63,350 bases of DNA, from contig JBHPFI010000004.1 of assembly GCA_042572045.1 (NCBI GenBank), forward strand, positions 1 through 63,350. The letters run 5' to 3'. The notes beneath the pieces were generated by a model. It saw only the letters and a list, made by a program, of their open reading frames with translations. It did no database searches and had not been told where the DNA came from. Origin of the DNA: Candidatus Omnitrophota bacterium. Its GTDB lineage: Bacteria > Omnitrophota > Gorgyraeia > Gorgyraeales > Gorgyraeaceae. The position numbers were made by a program, and so were the translations under genes. Shown in pieces: positions 27,402 through 36,159 of the stretch (position 1 is the stretch's first letter; each line of letters starts with the position of its first letter).

Positions 27402-28547
27402 ATGAAGATATTGATGGTCCATCCGCATGATATATTTTCCGAGGAAGAGCCCTGGACAGTAAGGATTAGGAGCATTGCCCTGGAATTTGTTAAAAGAGGA
27501 CACAAGGTAAGGCTTGTATATTTTCCTCTGAATTCTGAAAATGCCTCAAGGAAGTTAAACTGGGAAGGCATAGAGGTTTTTTCGCTTTCAAGAAGGCTTG
27601 GCGTAGACAATTTTCTTAAAAATATAATATTTATCACATACTTATCTGGCTGGGCAGACGTTATACATTTTCAGAAATGTTTTTATTACGCCGCATTGCC
27701 AGCATTAATAGCAGGATTGATTAGACGTAAACATATCCATTATGATTGGGATGATTGGGAGATAAAGATATATTTTTATTCAAGAGGTCAGAATTATTTG
27801 ATGGGTATGTTTTTATGGTTATCAGAAAGAATTATGCCTCTTTTAACTGATACTGTTTCGGTGTCGAGCAAGAGATTGAGAAGAGAATGCCTACGATATG
27901 GCTTGCCAGATGAAAGAATCTTTGAGGGGCATGTAGGAGCCGACCTTAAACACTTCAGCCCTAGGAATAATGGACAATACATAAAAGAGAGATATGGGAT
28001 ACAAGGGCCTCTGGTTATGTATGTCGGTCAGCTACATGGCGGACAGTATGTCGAGTTATTTATAGATGCTGCTACAGTGCTTTTTAAAAAAATACCTGAC
28101 GTAAGGTTTATGATAGTCGGCAGTGGTTATAGATTGTCCGAATTAAAAAAATATTCTGAGTTAGCCGGTCTTGACGGCAGGTTAATTTTTTCAGAATACG
28201 TGCACCATGATGAAGTCCCTTCTTATATGGCCGCAGCAGATATATGCGTAGCATGTTTTGAGAAGAATGATATCACGGAATGTAAAAGCCCTTTAAAAAT
28301 CGTAGAATACCTGGCGTCTGGCAAGCCGATAGTTGCAAGTAAAGTTGGTGAGGTCGAACGTATGATTGGCGAAGCGGGTATATTGACGGAGCCAGGCAAT
28401 GCTTCTTCTTTAGCCGATGCCATAGAAACATTGCTGCTGGATAAAGAATTAAGGTTAGAATGTTCGCATAAAGCAAGGAAGAGGGCAGAGGATAAATATA
28501 ATTGGTCAGATACGGCTGAAAGTCTATTGAGGGCATATCAGTTTTAA
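27402..28547 (+). CDS. GT4 glycosyltransferase
   Basis: 'YDWDDWE', 'VMYVGQL', 'MIVGSG', 'CKSPLKIVEYLASGKPIVAS' and 'YNW'. Start placed at ATG 27402. Confidence 0.9.
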   Translation: MKILMVHPHDIFSEEEPWTVRIRSIALEFVKRGHKVRLVYFPLNSENASRKLNWEGIEVFSLSRRLGVDNFLKNIIFITYLSGWADVIHFQKCFYYAALPALIAGLIRRKHIHYDWDDWEIKIYFYSRGQNYLMGMFLWLSERIMPLLTDTVSVSSKRLRRECLRYGLPDERIFEGHVGADLKHFSPRNNGQYIKERYGIQGPLVMYVGQLHGGQYVELFIDAATVLFKKIPDVRFMIVGSGYRLSELKKYSELAGLDGRLIFSEYVHHDEVPSYMAAADICVACFEKNDITECKSPLKIVEYLASGKPIVASKVGEVERMIGEAGILTEPGNASSLADAIETLLLDKELRLECSHKARKRAEDKYNWSDTAESLLRAYQF

Positions 28548-28565
28548 GCTACTTGTAAATTGATA

Positions 28566-29660
28566 ATGAAAATTATATTTGTCACAAGAGAAGGCTATAA
28601 TCTAGCTGGTGCGAGAATCAGGGCCTATAATTTTTCAAAAGAGTTAAGAAGGCGCGGCATAGATGCAGAAGTGCTTTCTTACGCAGATAAACTTGGCGCA
28701 AAAGACGGTATTTATGAAGCCTCAATGGGCTTGTCAGAAAAGATCAAACATAACATAGCTGCTTATAGAAAGCTATGCTGTCATAAAGATGCCATCATAG
28801 TTTTACAACGCGTCAATTATCATTCATTCGCCCCCCTTCTTACCTGTATTATAAAAAGAAATAGACTTGTTTTAGATATAGACGATTGGGAGACAAGAGA
28901 AGACCCGCGATATCTATTTGGATTTTATCCTACCTCAAAAGCAGAATATCTTACAAGAAGGATTGCCAGGTTAGCTGATTTCTGTATAACGGGTAGCCTG
29001 TATTTAAAAGATTATATCTTGCGATTCAATAAAGAGGTTCATTATATCCCGTCTTGCGTGAATACAGAGTTTTTCTGTCCTAATGGGATAAACAGAAAAG
29101 CAGAAGATGTGAAATTTGCATGGATAGGGACATTGCATCGCAGGGATGATGTGGAGAATGTAAAGTTTATAATCGATTGCTTTAAAAGGGTAAACGCGAG
29201 GTCTATAGATATTTCATTAGATATTGTCGGAGACGGTATATACAGACAAGAAATCGAACGATATATCTCCGGTTGCACCTTAAAGCATAAAATAAACTTT
29301 ATTGGCTGGGTCCATCCTGATAAGATGCCTTCTTATTTAGAGGATATCGACATAGGGCTATTTCCGTTAATACAGAACACAAGATTTAACCTATCTAAAA
29401 GCCCGACAAAACTTTTCGAGTATATGGCTATGAAAAAACCAACAGTTTCTTCTCGTATGGGAGAGGCAATGGCTATTGTGGAAGACGAAAAAGATGGTTT
29501 TTTGGCTAATGATAAAGGGGATTTTATCCATAAGATGGAGATCTTGGCCAAAGATATTAGCTTGAGAAGGGAAATGGGGTATAAGGCCAGGGCGAAAGTC
29601 ACGGAGAATTATTCGCTTAGTTTTGCAGGGGATAAGTTGTCCAGAGTTTTTGGAGGATAG
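28566..29660 (+). CDS. GT4 glycosyltransferase
   Basis: 'LDIDDWE', 'WIG', 'DIGLFP' and 'KSPTKLFEYMAMKKPTVSS'. Confidence 0.9.
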   Translation: MKIIFVTREGYNLAGARIRAYNFSKELRRRGIDAEVLSYADKLGAKDGIYEASMGLSEKIKHNIAAYRKLCCHKDAIIVLQRVNYHSFAPLLTCIIKRNRLVLDIDDWETREDPRYLFGFYPTSKAEYLTRRIARLADFCITGSLYLKDYILRFNKEVHYIPSCVNTEFFCPNGINRKAEDVKFAWIGTLHRRDDVENVKFIIDCFKRVNARSIDISLDIVGDGIYRQEIERYISGCTLKHKINFIGWVHPDKMPSYLEDIDIGLFPLIQNTRFNLSKSPTKLFEYMAMKKPTVSSRMGEAMAIVEDEKDGFLANDKGDFIHKMEILAKDISLRREMGYKARAKVTENYSLSFAGDKLSRVFGG

Positions 29661-29705
29661 TCATATAAGTGAGAAAAACGCACTTCTTAGAGAATCTTTA
29701 CATAA

Positions 29706-29867
29706 ATGAATAACCTGTTTTCCGGAGACTACAAAGAATGGGAGCATCCTTTTTCAAGAGATGTCTTTGGGGAGATGCCCATGTCTTTAAACAGAGGTGG
29801 ATTTAAACTCCTGGAGTCAGGGCGTGGTGCTGCGAATGTCGTGGGCATCAAAGAAGGAGCATTTTAA
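29706..29867 (+). pseudogene. 53-aa ORF, possible remnant of a class I SAM-dependent methyltransferase N-terminus
   Basis: MNNLFSGDYKEWEHPFSRDVFGEMPMSLNRGGFKLLESGRGAANVVGIKEGAF. 'KLLESGRGAA' resembles motif I (VLE.G.G.G). No clear RBS. Confidence 0.25.
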
Positions 29868-29869
29868 AT

Positions 29870-30766
29870 ATGGAAGAAGCTGTAGTAATATCAATTGTCA
29901 TTGTGGGTTATAACGTAGCCAGACATCTCCCTCCCTGTTTAGATTCAATATACAGACAGTCCTATAAAAATTTCGAGGTAATCTTTGTTAATAATGGCTC
30001 TACCGACAATATAGTCTCGATATTAAAATCTTACACTTCGGTCAAGGTAATAAATAATGACGAAAATAAAGGTTTTTGTTTTGCTAACAATCAAGCTATT
30101 AAAATAGCCAAGGGGGATTATGTACTTAGCTTGAATAGCGATGTAGTTTTGGATGAGAATTTTCTATTAGAGCTAAAGAGTGCGGCCGAGAGAGATGATG
30201 CTGGTTTGTTTGGTGCGAAGATCCTGAAGGACGAAGATAGAAGCATAGATTCTACGGGTCTTAGGCTATCATGGTTCTACAGGTTTTTTGACAGAGGCAG
30301 CGACGAGATAGATAGGGGGCAGTATGATATGCAGGTTGATATATTTGGTCCATGCGGGGCATCTGCGCTATATAAAAAAGAGATGCTGGAGGATATAAGA
30401 TATAATGGAGAATATTTTGATGAAGATTTCTTCTTTTTGGGCGAGGATTTTGACCTTGCCTGGCGTGCCAAGAAAAGAGGATGGAAGGCTATGTTTGTTC
30501 CGAAGGCTGTTTGCTACCATATCAGGAATAGTACAAATTTTAACAGAGATTTCAGAGAATTTCTTTCATTTAGAAACAGGTCTTTTTTGTTAATAAAGAA
30601 TTCAAGTTTAAACTTTAGATACCTTATTGTTTTTTTCTTGTATGATACCCCAAGATTCCTTTATATGTTGCTTACAAATCGATATGCATGCAGGGCATTG
30701 TATGAGGTAATAAAATACAGACCTAAGATGTTAAGAAAAAGGTTAGGTAATGCCAAAACAACGTAA
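29870..30766 (+). CDS. GT2 glycosyltransferase
   Basis: 'VNNGSTD', 'NKGFCFANNQ', 'LNSDV', 'PCGASALY' and 'EDFDLAWRA...GWK'. Confidence 0.9.
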   Translation: MEEAVVISIVIVGYNVARHLPPCLDSIYRQSYKNFEVIFVNNGSTDNIVSILKSYTSVKVINNDENKGFCFANNQAIKIAKGDYVLSLNSDVVLDENFLLELKSAAERDDAGLFGAKILKDEDRSIDSTGLRLSWFYRFFDRGSDEIDRGQYDMQVDIFGPCGASALYKKEMLEDIRYNGEYFDEDFFFLGEDFDLAWRAKKRGWKAMFVPKAVCYHIRNSTNFNRDFREFLSFRNRSFLLIKNSSLNFRYLIVFFLYDTPRFLYMLLTNRYACRALYEVIKYRPKMLRKRLGNAKTT

Positions 30767-32840
30767 GATTTTTACAGTTTTTTTAATATCCTTAACTTTT
30801 TTTGTTACCGGTGTATTTGCTGATCAGAAAAGTGATTCTTTTGACGTAGCAATATTTAAAGAAGAAAATTTTTCATACACAAGGGGTCTTGACGGTTTAA
30901 CCCCTGAGTGGATAGCTGGTTCCCTCGAAGATACGTACAATATTATGTTTTTAAACGCAGACCAATTAAAAAACAAAAGATTGTTTAATACTGATAAGGT
31001 TGATTTATTGATCCTTTCTTATGGCGGAATTATGTCAGAAGATGTATCTTCTGCTATAGTTGAGTTTATAAGAGATGGTGGGGGACTTTTTACAACTGGA
31101 GGTATACCTTTTAGTGATAAATATCTCTTAAGCATGGGCGTATCTTATTATGTAATAGATAGGGAAGACATAGCATCTGTAGATACTAAAGCAGATATTA
31201 TATTAGATACTGAGTTCGAAATGAAAGAGCCTTTTTCTGATCAATATGGCCTATGCGTAAAGATTTCCGAAAGAATCTATAATAAGCTCCCTACGATGGG
31301 TAATGTTTTTCCCTTTAGGATACCTGCGAGAGATTTTATAAACCCTGTTATTCTCCTAGATAAAAACGATAATTACATAGGGGCGCCCGTAACGCTAGTT
31401 AAAAGCTGGAAGAATCCTTATAAAAGTACAGGCAGGATTCCTAATAAATGGTGCTTGATTGGATTCGTGGGCGAACAACACCCTTTAAATCCAAAAGATA
31501 AGAATTCTGCAAAAAGGCTAAAGCATATATTGGAGTTTTTAAGCACAAGGGTTATCCTTAAAGACATAGAAACAGAATATGCCTCATATAGAGACGGCGA
31601 GACAATTAGTCTAACTACAGAGATGCTGAATTATGGCACAGAGAGAAAGAGGGTAGAGTTACACATTTCTATTGCAGAAAAAGGCAGGGTTTTATTTAAA
31701 GAGAAAAAAGATATTTCAATAGACGGCGGAGAAGCAAAAACGATAAATACTGTATGGAAGCCTGAAATATTAGAGAGTGACTTTTACGAAGTAAGGGCAG
31801 TTTTAAGATTAGATGGCCGCGTTATTGATGAGGAGCAAAATGCTTTTACGGCCTGGCATATAGATAGACTTAAAAAGGTCCCATGGTTGTCAATAAAAGG
31901 CAGGCGTTTTTATCGAGATGACGAGCCAATTTACTTACATGGTGTTAATTATTATGAAAGTAAGACCGGTGGCCTTATGTGGGCCAGGCCAAATATGCTT
32001 GATATCGAAAGAGATTTAAAGCTTATGTCGAACTTTGGGATAAATTTTTTAAGGGTTCATTATCACCATCCAGGGTGGTTCAGTGGTTATTTTAAAAGAG
32101 TAGAGTTGCCTATTTCAGATTATTTTGACAAGGTAGAGAATATCGAGAGATCTTTAAGGATTTTAGATGCCTTTGTAGTGCTGTGCAATAAGTATGGTAT
32201 TTATTTTCATCCGGATTTATTTACATTGGTGCCTGAAGAAATGGGAGATCCAAGAGGATGGATCGGTGACCTTAAAAGGTGCACCGATCACGAAAAGATA
32301 GAAGCGCAAAAAGAATTTGTTAAGGTCCTTTCAGCGAGATATAAAGACATGCCTAATATTATTTGGGATTTATGGAACGAGCCTTTTTTGGACAAGGGAA
32401 ATACTGTATTTTTAAAAAACTGGACAGAGGAAATCAAGGATTGCTTTAGGGCAAATGGCGACCAGCATCTCATAACTCTTGGATCCGATGAAAGCATTGA
32501 ACTGGTTGATACGTTGGATTTTGTATGCGGCCATGGACATGATGTAGAAATACCGGATTTAAACAAGCCTTTTATTATGCAAGAGATATGGAACGAGTCA
32601 GATTTAAGTCCAGAAAGAGAGGCCCTTCAGGCAGAGAAATTAGTGAGGGATTTTGCGGCATGTGTTGAACAGGGAGGAGCTGGTTTTGCGCCCTGGCAAT
32701 GGACCAGGCAATCTTGTTTATGGGACGATGCGAGCGATCCAGAAAGATGGGATAATGAGTTAGGGCTGTGTGTTCGCGAAGACGGAAGCCTGAAACCAGC
32801 AGGAAGGCTTTACAAGGATTTAATAAGGAATGCAGAATGA
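30750..32840 (+). CDS. Secreted multidomain protein with GH5-like (clan GH-A) catalytic domain
   Basis: Signal peptide ('...FFVTGVFA|DQ'), an N-terminal GATase-like segment and an Ig-like segment. Then 'HGVNYY', 'NFLRVH', 'WDLWNEP' (acid/base) and 'PFIMQEI' (nucleophile). Confidence 0.7.
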   Translation: MPKQRKIFTVFLISLTFFVTGVFADQKSDSFDVAIFKEENFSYTRGLDGLTPEWIAGSLEDTYNIMFLNADQLKNKRLFNTDKVDLLILSYGGIMSEDVSSAIVEFIRDGGGLFTTGGIPFSDKYLLSMGVSYYVIDREDIASVDTKADIILDTEFEMKEPFSDQYGLCVKISERIYNKLPTMGNVFPFRIPARDFINPVILLDKNDNYIGAPVTLVKSWKNPYKSTGRIPNKWCLIGFVGEQHPLNPKDKNSAKRLKHILEFLSTRVILKDIETEYASYRDGETISLTTEMLNYGTERKRVELHISIAEKGRVLFKEKKDISIDGGEAKTINTVWKPEILESDFYEVRAVLRLDGRVIDEEQNAFTAWHIDRLKKVPWLSIKGRRFYRDDEPIYLHGVNYYESKTGGLMWARPNMLDIERDLKLMSNFGINFLRVHYHHPGWFSGYFKRVELPISDYFDKVENIERSLRILDAFVVLCNKYGIYFHPDLFTLVPEEMGDPRGWIGDLKRCTDHEKIEAQKEFVKVLSARYKDMPNIIWDLWNEPFLDKGNTVFLKNWTEEIKDCFRANGDQHLITLGSDESIELVDTLDFVCGHGHDVEIPDLNKPFIMQEIWNESDLSPEREALQAEKLVRDFAACVEQGGAGFAPWQWTRQSCLWDDASDPERWDNELGLCVREDGSLKPAGRLYKDLIRNAE

Positions 32841-34333
32841 AGATAGTCCTTGCAAATTCAATAGGAATAGATTCTGAAGGATATTATATTATTCACTCTC
32901 CTAGTCGATGGTCAGAAGGGGTAAAAAGCAAAGATAGATGGTTTGCCTATTACCCATGGGAACTTGCACACTGCTCTTCGCTTTTGAAGAAATATACAGA
33001 CCATCATGTTAAATTTGTGGATGGGTGCCTTGAACGCTTGAACTACAGGCGTTATCTTGAGAAGATAAAGGATGAGAGCCCTGATTGGCTGATAGTAGAA
33101 AGCGCCACTAGGATGATAGATGAGAATCTAAAGCTGGCAAAGGAATTGAAAAATAGATTGGGCGCGAAGATAGTTTTTGTAGGACATCACGCGAGCGCCT
33201 TTCCCGAATATATCTTACATGATGGCGCTGATTTTGTTTGTGTAGGAGAATATGAATATACTGTTTTAGAATTAATGCAGGGAAAGGACCCGAAGGATAT
33301 CCCCGGACTTTATCCAAACAAGAGAAGGCCGCTATTGGATATAAATAGCCTTCCTTGGCCAGAGGACGAAGACGTAAGCCGCTTGAAGTATGGAATGCCG
33401 GGCGAACCCAGTTCTGAATATCTAGAAATTCAGATGTATGCGTCTCGCGGATGTCCGAGGTCCTGTGATTTTTGTGTAGCTAGAAATGTTTATTATGCGC
33501 AGCCTAACTGGAGGCAAAGAGACGTTAATGATATTATAAATGAACTAAAACATCTGAAGAATAGATATCCAAAAATGGAAGGCATCTTTTTTGATGAGGA
33601 AGAACATAATGCGAGCAAGGATTTTATTTTAAAATTGACCAAGGCTATTATTGATAATGGCTTAGATGGTTTGCATTATGAGGCAATGTGTGACATAAGG
33701 ACGTTGGATAAAGAGATGATGGAGGCAATGTATGAGGCAGGTTACTATAAGATAAGGGTGGGTATCGAGACAACCAGCCCTGATCTTTTACGTTACAGTA
33801 GAAAAGAATTGGATATTGATATTGTCACGAAAAAGCTGGAACAGGCCAAAGAGATAGGATTAAAGACTTACGGCACCTTTATGGTAGGCATGCCAGGCTC
33901 TTCAAAGGAAGAGGATATAAAGACATCTTCATATATTGAGAATGGAATATCAAACGGTGTTTTAGATAATGTTCAGATATCTATTTGTACGCCTCAGCCA
34001 GGAACGCCTTTTTACAATTACGCCAAAGGCAAGAAGTACATTGTTGCTGAAGATTATAAAGATTTTGACGGGGGAAGGCGTTCTGTAGTTAGCTATCCTG
34101 AATATAACAATAAATCCATCGAATCTGTTAAAGACTTTGTATACAGGTCCCGCGAGCACGCTTCTTTTTTAAGAAATATTAGAAAAGGCAGGATGCTGAG
34201 TTGGGCGTTGAGGACATACAAAAGATATGGGGTTTTTACAACAATAGTTAAACTGGCAAATCGATTTAAACTTGAGGCGGTTCATTTTCTATTAAGGGAA
34301 AGATATATAAGACGCCTGGATATGAATGAGTAA
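32837..34333 (+). CDS. Cobalamin-binding radical SAM enzyme (HpnJ-like N-terminus)
   Basis: ATGA overlap at 32837. 'HSPSRW', 'YYPWELAH', 'VGEYE', 'ASRGCPRSCDFC', 'FFDEE', 'GIET' and 'TPQPGTP'. Confidence 0.9.
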   Translation: MKIVLANSIGIDSEGYYIIHSPSRWSEGVKSKDRWFAYYPWELAHCSSLLKKYTDHHVKFVDGCLERLNYRRYLEKIKDESPDWLIVESATRMIDENLKLAKELKNRLGAKIVFVGHHASAFPEYILHDGADFVCVGEYEYTVLELMQGKDPKDIPGLYPNKRRPLLDINSLPWPEDEDVSRLKYGMPGEPSSEYLEIQMYASRGCPRSCDFCVARNVYYAQPNWRQRDVNDIINELKHLKNRYPKMEGIFFDEEEHNASKDFILKLTKAIIDNGLDGLHYEAMCDIRTLDKEMMEAMYEAGYYKIRVGIETTSPDLLRYSRKELDIDIVTKKLEQAKEIGLKTYGTFMVGMPGSSKEEDIKTSSYIENGISNGVLDNVQISICTPQPGTPFYNYAKGKKYIVAEDYKDFDGGRRSVVSYPEYNNKSIESVKDFVYRSREHASFLRNIRKGRMLSWALRTYKRYGVFTTIVKLANRFKLEAVHFLLRERYIRRLDMNE

Positions 34334-34345
34334 AGAAAGGCCCGC

Positions 34346-36001
34346 TTATCTAATAAAATATCCTGAATATTTTGAGTAGAACTCCTGGATTTTAATTTCT
34401 TCTTTTGCCGCCTTTTCTGTTTCGCCTATCCTTATGTATAACTCAAATAATTTTTTATGCAAGGCTTCATTTGCCGGATAAAACGCGGATGCCTTTTCAA
34501 GCTCAGATATGGCGTCTTCGATCCTGTTGTTGTTGAGATAGAGCATGCCTAGGTTTTTATGATAGAAAGGCGAATAAGGATTGAGCGAGATGGCCTTCCG
34601 GTAGTCATTTATACGGATATGATATAAATCATTATATGGCTCCAGGGAAATAGCTTTTTTATATTCACCTTTTTGGAAACAACGTAACGCAGCAAGAGAT
34701 TTTGTATTAAAATAGATTGTCAGTAAAATTATTATAAGTATAAAGGGCCTTATTCTGTTATTGCCTTTATTGTCAGAGGCTGTTATAGATTTTTGTGAAA
34801 TAATCCCTAGGCTTATCCACCATAAATGCGACACCTGCGGTATGAAATAAGAAAAGTCAAAGAGATTATTTATAATAAAGATATAGCATGAAGTTATAAG
34901 CCCTGCGTTGAAGTGATTTTTCTCAAGCCTAAAAGATCTTTTTATAAAGACCCAGATTAATAAGACTATAGAGATTATACCTAACAGCCCTGTTTCCGCC
35001 CATGTCTGCAAGAAGATATTATGCGCAAATCTTGTTTCGTTTCCCAAGAGCTCTATATATTTAGGATAGATATTGCCAAGATTCCCGAGCCCTATTCCTT
35101 TGAGCGGAAAATCTTTTATGATTTGCGAGGTGCTTCTCCAGAAACTCAGTCGTTGCAATATCGTATTCTGTTGATTTGCAAAGTTAATAAACATGTTATA
35201 GCGTAATAGAAGCAGGAAAAAAGGCAATACCAATATAAACATGCTGACGATCAAGGTTATTCTGCGAGGGAATCTACGCAGAAGGATGAAAAATACGATG
35301 ACCCCAAAGGATAGGCTTGTCCATCCAGCAAGAGATTTCGTGAAAAGTAAAGCGGTAAGCATGGATATAAGACAGAGGCTCAGGGATAAACAGAGTTTCT
35401 TGTTCTTTGTGTTGTCCAATATAAGTCCGGCGCAAAGAGGTATCGCCATTACTAGGTAAGACGCAAACATGTTCGGCGAAAAGAAACTTGCTATCGACCT
35501 CTTGGTTATAAAGATTTCTTTGATGTAACTTGTTTCTAGTATATATTTTGAATGAAGATTTAAATATTCCTTTGTATGCTCGAACCCCCAAAGATATTGA
35601 TATATTCCGTAGATGCTCAGTATTGAAGCCCCGATTAAAATGACGCCTATTAATTTGATCGATTCTTCTTTTTTAAGTGCGGAGGCGAACATAAAAAGAC
35701 ATAACAAAGGTATTACTTGATAGATTTGGTGCACACTTGAGCGTAGATTTATGGAGTAAGCTAATGATATAATTATTGAAAGTATGTATAAAAAGAGAGG
35801 CTTGCTAAAAAGATTTGCCGAGAACCTGAATTTTTTGGTGCTTAATAACCATACAAAGGATACCATTAGGATGGTCATGCCGATGTAGCCGCCTAAGACA
35901 GGATAAGCCATTTCTGAAACAAAAGCATGGATAAATATTAAGATTGAGAATAGAAAGAACAATAGAGGCGATATCTTATCTGGATTAGATTTTAACGCCA
36001 T
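34346..36001 (-). CDS. O-antigen ligase / O-oligosaccharyltransferase (WaaL/Wzy_C family) with C-terminal TPRs
   Basis: Multi-TM protein with 'SPNMFASYL', 'TKSLAGW', 'QRLSFW', 'GIGLGN' and 'AHNIFLQTWAETGLLG'. TPR-like 'AISLNP...YHKNLGMLY...A...LEKA'. Start placed at ATG 36001. Confidence 0.85.
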   Translation of the reverse strand: MALKSNPDKISPLLFFLFSILIFIHAFVSEMAYPVLGGYIGMTILMVSFVWLLSTKKFRFSANLFSKPLFLYILSIIISLAYSINLRSSVHQIYQVIPLLCLFMFASALKKEESIKLIGVILIGASILSIYGIYQYLWGFEHTKEYLNLHSKYILETSYIKEIFITKRSIASFFSPNMFASYLVMAIPLCAGLILDNTKNKKLCLSLSLCLISMLTALLFTKSLAGWTSLSFGVIVFFILLRRFPRRITLIVSMFILVLPFFLLLLRYNMFINFANQQNTILQRLSFWRSTSQIIKDFPLKGIGLGNLGNIYPKYIELLGNETRFAHNIFLQTWAETGLLGIISIVLLIWVFIKRSFRLEKNHFNAGLITSCYIFIINNLFDFSYFIPQVSHLWWISLGIISQKSITASDNKGNNRIRPFILIIILLTIYFNTKSLAALRCFQKGEYKKAISLEPYNDLYHIRINDYRKAISLNPYSPFYHKNLGMLYLNNNRIEDAISELEKASAFYPANEALHKKLFELYIRIGETEKAAKEEIKIQEFYSKYSGYFIR

Positions 36002-36011
36002 GATATAATAT

Positions 36012-36040
36012 ATTATAAAGTGTAAACATGATTTAGGCAA
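36012..36040 (-). promoter_or_regulatory. Sigma70-type promoter for the WaaL-like gene
   Basis: Minus strand TTGCCT (36040-36035), 17 nt, TATAAT (36017-36012). Only 10 nt separate it from the ATG. Confidence 0.55.
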
Positions 36041-36061
36041 TATGAAAAATACAAGCCCTTC

Positions 36062-36102
36062 CTGACTTGAGAAATCAGTCAATCACAAAAGTGTCAAGTT
36101 GG
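36062..36102 (+). mobile_element. Mini inverted-repeat element, copy A (41 bp)
   Basis: CTGACTTGAGAAATCAGTCAATCACAAAAGTGTCAAGTTGG, similar to the reverse complement of 54841-54880. Confidence 0.7.
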
Positions 36103-36159
36103 GGAGGCGGAATAAAAACCATAGTTATAAAAGAATATAAAAAAAATATTATTGGATTC

